A stretch of DNA of 64,000 nt from Epiperipatus broadwayi (Eukaryota > Animalia > Onychophora): the NCBI GenBank assembly GCA_028023455.1, contig JAQFVV010000003.1, positions 23,994,001-24,058,000 of the forward strand. Reading direction: 5' to 3'. The translations under genes were made by a program, and so were the position numbers. Under the pieces are notes generated by a model that was not told the DNA's origin, made no database searches, and saw nothing but the letters and a program-made list of their open reading frames with translations. Positions 53,960 to 64,000 of this stretch are shown here, one piece after another; the first letter of the stretch is position 1, and the number at the start of each line of letters is the position of its first letter.

Positions 53960-54420
53960 TTTGGATCTTATTATGATCCATGTATGGGCATACATATAAA
54001 CCAAAAAATAATAATTACAATGTTTTACTCTCAGTTATTGATAGTGGTACCGTATTTAGATATCACTAGGATAAATGTATGATTTTTACAAAGAAGTCAC
54101 CTGTCAATAATGATAACAAAGGTTATGAACTAAAAATAACAATTACAATAATAAACATCAATATTAGATGTGTGTGAGAATTACAATGAAGTCATACTAT
54201 CAATAATAACAATAGAAGTTATGGACAAGAAATAGTAATTTCAATAGTATTTAAACATTAGTGTTAGATGTGTGTGTGCATTACAATGAAGTCATACTGG
54301 CATTCATGACAACAACAATTATGAATCAGTATGATACTGTATGGGCATTACAAATTAACCAGAAACATTAATTACAACACATAGTAAATATCAGTATTAT
54401 ACTGTGTGTAAGCATAAAAC
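53960..54420. repeat. Degenerate ~100-bp-period minisatellite
   Basis: tagatgtgtgtg...ttacaatgaagtcatact recurs at ~54165 and ~54265. tgtatgggcat...aacc recurs at ~53982 and ~54338. Confidence 0.6.
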
Positions 54421-57400
54421 ACATTTTTATGTTGATAATGATAATATTTGATCAAGAAATATGCCACTATAAAATTAATATGCCAATTGTCAAGAGTAAA
54501 CACAATACCTGGTTAAATTAAGTTAGAGGCCAGAAATATATATATAATAAATTTATGTGTGTGTTCACATACATAGGGAAAGCTAAGTATATTTTTTTAT
54601 TATTATATTTACTTTTAGTATTCCCAGCAGGAGTTATGGACCAAAGCATAATTCTAGCTCCCTTTATTATCAATAGTTATATGGTAAATATGGTTTATCT
54701 ATTCCACACAGCATTACCAACAGGCATGATCAAGAAATCTAATTACAAAGATCAGTGGCATCTGGGTTTGAATCCTGTGCCGGCTATATTATTATTGGAA
54801 TTGGCAGATGATCAATCTCCGTTGTCAAGCAATAAAATATATATAGAAGTTCCTATGAAAACACATTCACAATCAGCATGGCATATGTAGGAAATAATGG
54901 AGCGTGGGCTTTGAATCCTTATCGTCATAGAGTACCCATTATCGGCTCAAAAACACGGCTATCTTCAGAACCGTTAAAAATATCTGTCTGGAAGCTTGCA
55001 TAGCATTACTCGACATACATTCATTATTAAAAGCCATATAGGCACAGATCATTCTATTAAGCAACACTGATATATTTGCCCATAAAAAGCATTAACTCAT
55101 ATCTGTATAGATATTTTCTTAAGCCTGCGTTTCATAAGTAATAATGGAAACTTTTAAGATAACCATACTTTATAGGCTATAAAATATCCATGTGCTTAAA
55201 TATAAAGCTTAACCACAAAATGCTAATGAGGCAAAAACACTACTGCTGAGATAGTACTTTTTCCCCAAATGTATGCGTCACTAAATATATATATATATAG
55301 TGAGATGAACACATACCTTTGTAATAAGTAATATTGCCCATTTTATATTTAAGAAAAGAAGCACTATCATTATTATTTATTTTTTTTAACACATAAATAA
55401 ACACATATATATTATTTTATTTTAATTGTCATAAAGAATCTTAATCAAATCTAAATCAAATAAATAATAATTTTAACACTCATTTATATCCTTAATTTTC
55501 TTTAACAAGATACTGTAATTATGTATATACGAGTAAAGGGCGGATTTTAATACAGATATTTGATTTTTTTCTTTCTCTTTTTTTAAAAAATAAAATGACA
55601 GTTTACCCAGCCAGAATTAGACAAACAATTTAAGAAATTTAAGTTTGACTGTTTGTTACTTTACAATTATGAAATAATTACCATTCCCCCATTTAAGATT
55701 TAAGATCAACAAATTTATGCATAAAATTGATTTAATAGTAAAATATAATCATCCAATACTGGCTGAATTTGGCATAGTTAACACTAATCAAGAAAGTGTA
55801 TATTTTATAATTAAAGAGAACATACTGGCATACCTCAAAATAAATAATAAAAGCGGTATTTATAAACTTCATAGTAATCTTTTGTTCCATTTTTTAGAAT
55901 TAGACATTACACTCTTTTTTCCTCTACCATTAATAAGTAGAAATCTAGTTATAACACAGATTGACTTGTTAAAAATAATAAAAAATTAAAACATATATAT
56001 CACTGTTCTTTTGAAACATATTTTTTTAAGATAGTCTTTTACCGATCAGTTATAAATCTGAGGAAATTAAATATTGTAGAGTTTTTATAGAAGGCATTTT
56101 TAAATATATAAATATTTTTTAAAGATTGAAAGTTCATACTTGCAATGATGTCACTTTGATGAGGCAACTATCTTCTTACTGGTTCATCTTATTTCAGGAC
56201 CCTTTTGGCTTTACTAGACATCATACAGGCTGGATTCAAAGCTGGTTCCCCATTTTCTCAGCAGCAGCAACATGGAACTAATTGGATTTTTTTCCTGCCC
56301 ACAGATGCATTTTTCTGGAGATTTCCCCTGAGGGGAAAGGTAAACTTTGTCTACTCACAGGTCATGGTGATTATCTGTCATCAGCTTATGTTCAATGTCT
56401 ATTAGAGAGAGTCTTTCACTTTCACTTTGACTCTTAAACTTTTTTTACTTTTCTTTTTATTTTATTTTACTTTTGACTGCCAACAACACTGCTTTTAAAA
56501 ACACTTTTTACTTTTTAAACTCTTTTACTGCTATGTAGAAAACCAACCCAGTATTTATATGCCTGTAACTTTAAACAAAACTTTTCTCAGCACAACCAAA
56601 AATCAGTACAGTCTTTGTTTAATCTTATATTTTTTTCTTAACATCTATATCATAACTGCCTTTGTTAGAAAGGAAAATAGACTGGTTGACTTATCTTTTA
56701 ATTTAAACTAGTTAGCAAAATCCTATTAAGATTAAATTAAGGTATGAAAATTTTGATTGCATTTTTAACTGCCATTTAAAGATGAGAAAGAATTAACATT
56801 TCCATGCAACTATATGAATGTTTCAAAAAAATAAACTCATAAAAAATGTTATTTCCAAAGAAAGAATGAGTCAACTTATATTTTCCATTTTTCTTTGTCT
56901 TTTAGGAAAAACATATAAGACAAAGGAAATATATTTTCTTTTTCAAATATATAACTAAAAAAGTGTATTTCAATAAAACAAGACATACATATATGCCCTC
57001 TCATTCATTAACACATACATCTGTATATTATTTTTTAACAAAAAAATGAAAATTAGATATTTGATCCACAAAATCTATATATATATATTATTTTTTAAAC
57101 AACTAACATGAAGCTCTATGTGTGCATACACACTGATCGCTTCAATATTCCCATAGTGTATCATGATAAGTGCATGAAATCTTATCCAACATCAATGCGA
57201 CCATGTGAAAACACTGTAATAGTTCCTTCTTCAAGGATACCAAATAATAAAAAATTAAACACTTTTTCAGAAAATAATGATAAAATGTTTGACAAAGCAG
57301 ATTTTACTGAGTAATTTTGCAACTATTATGATTACTATGATATTAAAAAAAATGCAAACTTTTCAGAATTTTACAAAATATACTATACATACTGAACAAG

Positions 57401-57800
57401 TTAAGATTTTTAATGAGATCCAAAGAGGTTTAATTAATTCACTGCCATCTGTATCTTTTAATGGTAAGATCTTTCACTTTTTTTGTATTTATATTTGAAA
57501 GATTTTTTTCTTTGATTACATTAATAGACAATATTAGCAATTATTTCATCTGCAGTTATAAATTGATATTAGTATATATTCATTTATATCACAGAATATA
57601 TTAAAATAAGTTGTCACATGATTAATCAATTTTACATTTATCTACTCTTTATCTCTCGACATTAGAGCTATCTATTTAAGTGTGAGTTATTGAACATCAG
57701 AAGATAATGTTTACCAGATCTTGAAATTAGTTTTTGATTATTAGTTTTTTCATTGATGATCACCAGTAGATGGCATTACCATCAGTACTAAGTACCACAT

Positions 57801-60800
57801 AGGCATGGAAAATATTAGGCATCTGTTAATTGAATGTAAATGATTACAAGCAAATAGAGTACAAATAATGAAGTTGTGAGAGAATAAATATGAACAAAGT
57901 GATTATATAGAAAGTGGGTTCTTGGTTTTTATGTTGAGTTTGGAAAAAAATAAAGGGATATATAGGTATAAAGGCTGTAGAGTGGACAAAAGTAATGTTG
58001 TGGAAATGAGATGGAGAATGATAGAGAAGAATGTGGGAAAAAGTTAGGGTAGAGAATGGAAAGGGAAAATAAGGTGGCTAACAATTTTCTCTGGGCATAG
58101 TGACTGAGAGATTACTGACTCTGAGAAAGGAGAAGCCATAGTGCATTGCATCACATCAAGAAGTGAAAAAATGGTTTTTGAGTGTAGATAATTTAAAGAG
58201 AAAGTCAGGAGAAATGGAGGAAAATGTAGTTGAGGAGGATAGAATAGAGTATATATATTTAGTGGAGTGACAAGAGATATGGATGACAAAATAAGTAGTG
58301 CAATAGAGATAGGCAAAAAAGGTAAGATAGACGAAGAGGTAAAGATGTAGAAGCAAAATTAAAAGCATCAGACAGGAAGTGTGAGCAGATCAAGGGATTG
58401 ATGAATAGAAATGATAAGAAAAAAATAGATAAAAAAAGTCCAGAAGCTGGAAGATGTTACAGATGAAGTAGAGAAATAGGGGACTCACTAATTAGATGAT
58501 ATAGAGATGTAATTGCAAGGAAAAATAGAAATAGGTATGTAAGAGTATGTTTGTCTGAAGCTAGAATTAAAGATGTTATAGATAAGGTAAAGTTGTTATA
58601 GTAAGGACAAATAATTTGTCAGAGCCATCACAGAGAGTAATGGATGAGTACAAAGAATTAATTAGTAGTTTGAATAAGGATAAAGGAAGAGTAGGATAGT
58701 TGGATTATTAGCAAGATTCAACAATACGTATATGTTAGATAGGGAATGTTCTTTATAAATGAGATTGAAAAAATTATGCGAGAGAAATAAAGTTATGTTT
58801 GTGGATGTGTGGGGATTTTTTTTTTTTTATTAGTAAGAGGAAGTTATATAGTAAAGATGGATTGCACTTAGAAAAACAAGGAAGTGAAGCATTAGGAGTT
58901 TCATTTATGAAAAATACTATAGTTTGGGAAACTTATAAAGGGGGTTGAGTTTTAAATTACACTATTATCAAAAAGAAGGTTAAGAATGGACAGGATATGA
59001 GAATTAAACAAAGGGTAGCATATTTAGATATAAATGTAAATGTGGAGAGAGATTGGCTCTGTAAAACTAATGATAAACAAGCTAATTATAAATGTAATAG
59101 AGAAAAAAGAATCAAAAAAATTTATAAAAGAGTAGTAAAAAAGGAAGCAATCGTTAAAATTGGTTATTTAAATATGCAAGGTGGTAGGAGACCAGAAAAA
59201 TGGATGGAATTAAACAAAGTAGTTAAGGGCTTGCAATATTAGCAGTAGTGAAACACATCTAGGGGAAGAAGAACATGCACTGGAAGATTTGGTTTGGCAG
59301 GATATAAATAGAAAAGAAGAAAGGGATAGTGGTATAGGAGTTATGTCAAAAAAATATTTACAGTGTCAAGAACATTTGTGATTTGAGATAATATTAAGAA
59401 GACAAAAATGAATGATGGCTGTAGTGTATATGGCCACTGGAGATAGTTAAACTATAATGGCATGGAATAGTAGCATATTTGAATGACTAGTTAATGATAT
59501 ACAAAGTTTCAAAAAAGGGGGAAGAAAGTAATGGTTATAGGGGATATGAATGGGTATATTGAAGAAATTGATGTCATAGATAGCAAGAATGGACAGCTTT
59601 TGAAAAAATTTTGTTAAGAGAGTGAATTTGAGAATTGGAAATTTATCAAATACTTATGAGGGACAATATACATGGTCTAGAAATAATATATTTCACAGAA
59701 TGGATTATGTATTAGTAGAGAAAGAGGGATTGAATAAAGTATGGAAATTAAAGTGTTTGATAATGAATTTCTTTATAATAGAAAGGGTTAGTAATATGTT
59801 GGAAAATAATAATAAAAATAGAAAAGATAGTGAAAGATGTGGATGAACAATGCAATGAATGATAAGAATAAATTAAAAGAATATAAAATAAAAGTAGAAG
59901 AAATAGAAGAGTCTGTTGGGGGTGAATGTAAGGATTGATTTAATGAAATAGAAAAAGTGGCAAATAAGGTTTTAGGTGAGAATATTCAAAAAAATAAAAG
60001 TAATAGAAAAGAGAGAATTAGTAAGTGTAAAAGAGAGAGAAAAAGCATGCAGAGAATATAAATGTGCTATTAAAAACAAAGAAAGTGGAAGATGTTAATA
60101 TTAAGTGGGAATTTTTTTTTTTTTAAAGTTGGCTAAAATAGATAATTATAGAGAGTATAAGTAAATTATTGGAGGATATTAATAAAAGTGAAAGAGAAGG
60201 GAGTAAAAAATTTTGGAAATATATTAAATGAAGGAATGTAGGGGGGAGAGAAATAGTATTACTTAATGATGAGGAAAAAGAATGTAGCTCTAGAAAAGAA
60301 TTAGAGACTGTCTTATATAAGTATGTATAATGGATACTGAAATAATGTTAGATGTGAAAGACAGAGTGATAATAAATATAAAAGCACATAGTAATGAAAA
60401 TATATTAGTTTTACAGAAAATGAATTGAATGAATCAGGGAAGAAGTTAAAAAGTTGAAAGGCAAGAGGTTTAGATGGATGGGCAGCATATGGTGATCAAT
60501 TTGGGAAATAGGGCAAAATTAAATCTATTATCATATTTTAATTAAGATGGCACAGAGGAGAGAATTTCCAGATAGCTGGAATAATACATAAGTAAAAGTA
60601 CTATTTAAAGGAAAGGGTAAGGATCATAGAAAGTTAAACAATTATGGACTGATAGCAATAACATCAATGTTATATAAAACTTTTTGCATATTTGATGGCT
60701 GGAAGGGTGGCAAAATGACTATTAGAAAATAATATAGTGGGAGAAATGCAAAGAGGTGGAAGTTATGCTAAAGATGTGCATAAGAATGGGTAAAGAATTG

Positions 60801-62055
60801 AGGAGATTAAATTTAGTAAAAAAAAAATCAAAAGTAATGATGATTAATGCTAGGGAAAGAGAAGAGGAGTATTTTTTATTGTTGGGGGGGGGGAGTTAAA
60901 TATGGTGAATATGTATAACTATTTGAAAATCATCTTAAGTAATCAGAGAAATTGCTTGGATGAATGGAAGATAAAATTGATAAATGAAGAAAACAAAAGA
61001 ATGGATAAAGAAATTAACAGTGTTTTCATATAATACATATGATGTAGTTAGAATTATATAGAAGAGAGTGGAGTAGTAGGGTTAACTTATGGTAATGATG
61101 CATTATGTGTTAGTAAATGGGTGTTAGATTACTTAGAAAAAATACAAAGGAATGTAGGAAAACATGTATTAGATGCAGATTTGTGGATGGCAAAAGAGGC
61201 AACTCAAGGAGAAATAGAATGGTCAAGTTTTTATATGAGAAATGCAAAATGAAAATGTTTTATAGATTGCAATTTATGGCTAGTTAGAGAATAGCCAAAA
61301 TAATATTTTATTGGGTTACAAGCAAAGGACAGGCAACAAGATGGGTATGAAAGGTAGTATGGTATGCAGAAGATTTGGATAAAGACTTTATGTAGTATTC
61401 TTGTACAAAACGTGGAATGATTGTGTTAGGAGGATTGTTGAGTGTTATAATGGCAAAGAATCGAATACAAGAATAGATGCATTACTAAAAAATAAGGAGT
61501 TGGAGAGATGGAAAACTAATATAAAAAGTAGAAAGAGTTTAAATATATATAGAAGGAAACAATATTGGGTGTGAGTTAATTTACGATAATAGCAAAGAAA
61601 GTAATTTACTGTTGAAGGCTCAAACAGGGTCATTAGCAACAAGGGAATATACACAAATGGAGAAATGTGGGTGATTTAGTCTGCAAGTTATGTAAGGAAG
61701 GCATGGAAAATATTAGTTATCTGCTAATTGAATGTAAATGCTTAAAGGCAGAAAGGTTACTAATAATGAATTTGTGGGAGAATAAATATAAACAAAGTGA
61801 TTATACAAAAAGTAGGTTCTTGGGTTTTTATGCTGCATTTGGAAAAATATAAGGAGGATCTAGATATAAAGGCCATAGAATAGACAAAGATAATGTTGTG
61901 GAGATAGGATGCAGTAGAAAAGGAAAGAATATGGAAAAAACATAGCATGTGGAATAGAAAGAGAAGGAAAGGTGGCTAACAGGTTTCTCTGATTATAGTG
62001 GCTGAGAGATTCCTGACTTCCATAAAGGAGAAGCCATATGCATTGCATCACATCA
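57801..62055 (+). mobile_element. Decayed near-full-length LINE (CR1/L2 group-like) with an SGNH-esterase ORF1 and APE-RT ORF2, bracketed by ~357-bp direct repeats
   Basis: ORF1 relic: IGDS (58476) and DGLHL (58856). ORF2 relic: IGYLNMQG, GDMNG, YTWS...MDYVLV, and C-terminal CKLC...EC. (CATCA)n tail. 57801-58158 matches 61699-62055. Confidence 0.8.
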
Positions 62056-62484
62056 TCTAGAGTCTGCAATTTTATCACTGCATTATATTATGTATAAACT
62101 CAATTATTAAAATATTTTTAAAACCTACATTTTTCTTTAAATATCTTGTATGTATTACTTCAGAATTAGTCAATATAAATATTTTCTAAATAATTTCAGT
62201 TCTCAACATTTTGACTTTCATTACGTTTTTCAAGGATATATAATTATATTTTTAGTACAGTCATATTATTATATGTATGAAAATTTGGAAAAATTTTGAT
62301 ATTATACCTTACTAACATGCATTAAAAATTAATTAATTTTAAAATGTGTTAAAAATATTGTTTATACATCTCCCTAAAAAACCACAATAAACAATTAAAA
62401 CATTGATATCCAAGATTTTTTTAAGAATTCATATTGTTTGATTGAAAAGAACAAATTTGGTCTTTTTTTTCCCCATGTGTCAAA

Positions 62485-62555
62485 GTATCGGCCTGGAAGC
62501 GAACCCGGGACAACTGCTTGTAAGGCAGCTGTGCTGATCACTCGACCACCAACGC
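62485..62555 (-). tRNA. tRNA-Gly(TCC)-type body carrying a TAC (Val) anticodon; likely pseudogene or SINE head
   Basis: The minus strand reads GCGTTGGTGGTCGAGTGATCAGCACAGCTGCCTTACAAGCAGTTGTCCCGGGTTCGCTTCCAGGCCGATAC. Anticodon arm GCTGC-CTTACAA-GCAGT. Mismatches in the acceptor, D and T stems. Confidence 0.75.
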
Positions 62556-64000
62556 TTGTTTTAATAAATTAAGTAAATCAAGTTTCATTTTTTAAAATGT
62601 GTTAATATGTACGATTTTTTGGGATCAAGGTTATTTAATATAAATTCAAGCATCTATATAAAGACCTGGAACCAAACGATCATGAATGCAGGGAACAATT
62701 ATATTTACTATATAGGAGGACAAAATTGTTTTCCTATACTTTATGATATATACATGTGCATACATACATTTTCCACACAAATCTACATTAAAGTTTATGT
62801 TCGACATAATTTAACTTTCACTTGAATATTTTCTAATTGATTACAGTAGTAAATTTGCTTTGAAAGAGATTTATTATAAATATATTTTAATTTAAATGAT
62901 TCATTTTTATATTTCTTTACTAATTTCTATTTTTTTTTTTATATATAGATACTTATATAAAAATAAAATACGGAAATTACATAGCCGTGCCTTTAAAGGA
63001 CTTAATAAATTAGAACAATTGTAAGTATATATTTATCAGTATATATATTTTAAATTAAGTACTTAAATATTTATAACACAATTTCAATAGACATTCATTT
63101 TTCTCATGAGTCATGTTTAAATTTCTAAACGTCATTTTAGATCAAAAATGTCTATTTATGAAATATATACAATATTGACAAGGTTATAATTAATTACAGA
63201 TTCGAAATGTTAGTAGAATTACAAAATAGAATTTCAAGGGTAAAATAAGTCATTATTATTTCATTTAATCCTTTTCCTTAATTGGTTATTGGCTTGTTTT
63301 CTTTTCAGTTGATGAAAGTAACTGAATGCTTTAGATTGTTCATTTAGTTAAACTTTGTCTAATCCACTTTTGTACGTTATATGTTAGTCACATAACAATG
63401 GAAAAGGGATAATATATGACTTGATATAATTGAAAAACGAAGAAACCAAAAACATTTTAAACAACTAATGTTTTATGGCATAGAAAATGACTTGTTTTTT
63501 TTCAAGGCGGCAACAAATATATTTTTCCACATATGGATTCTCATCAACAGGTCCGGAATCACTCATAATTACTATGCTTTTCTATTTTAAATGTGAAATT
63601 TAATAGCATCTGATTTATGAAATTGAGATCAAACATGAAACATAATTAATACACAAAATGACACAACTAAGGAAATTTGATAATGTCAGTAGAGATAATA
63701 TTTTCCGGTTTCGAATCTCTATATATTTTTTATACTGTTTAAATTGGTTGTTGCTAATTATCAGATATGAAAACAAATGTTAAACTATTTAGTCAATAAA
63801 TCAGTGTGATATAAAATATTTTATTACAACTTGAATAAATAATACAAAAACTATGTCAGATTATATGATAAATAGAGTAGCAAAAATTCAAAAAACATTA
63901 ACTACTAAAACTATTTGCCAAGCGCTTTCAGTATCATGTACCAGAATCATGGTGACATATTCGAACTGAATGGTAAACATTCCAGTGCATGCTGAGTGGA

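Noticed and set aside
53960-54420. Spaced repeats as a CRISPR-like array
   Set aside because: The units are degenerate along their whole length with no constant repeat and unique spacer pattern, the context is eukaryotic, and there are no cas genes.
56198-56405. ORF 56205-56405 or a 142-nt exon with plausible splice sites
   Set aside because: The product is unrecognisable. The minus strand gives Cys-rich fragments that could equally be a decayed LINE ORF1 knuckle, so it is unresolved.

Overview
This is a very AT-rich, CpG-poor eukaryotic window, probably from an invertebrate, and it is dominated by repeats. No host protein-coding gene could be reconstructed; there are only a few weak exon candidates. 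The one intact long ORF (37296-40253, minus strand) belongs to a full-length RTE-clade LINE (37282-40579). That element has a 10-bp TSD, and its first nucleotide is the G1 of a complete HDV-like ribozyme fold. A ~400-410-bp repeat family occurs at five loci, as fold-backs and as one head-to-tail dimer. Its consensus folds as a minimal type I hammerhead ribozyme with a palindromic stem III, i.e. a retrozyme-like or Penelope pLTR-like element. Other content: decayed Penelope-like elements of two families (one forming a ~7.5-kb palindrome, one with an inverted 3' duplication); a SPIN/URR1-like hAT MITE; a Charlie/Buster transposase relic; a decayed esterase-ORF1 LINE bracketed by direct repeats of its own 3' end; tRNA-derived SINE fragments; a tRNA-Gly-like sequence with a Val anticodon; a long (ATT)n/(GTT)n microsatellite; and many unrelated hairpin insertions. 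All alignments and folds were done by eye. Boundaries of decayed elements are approximate.
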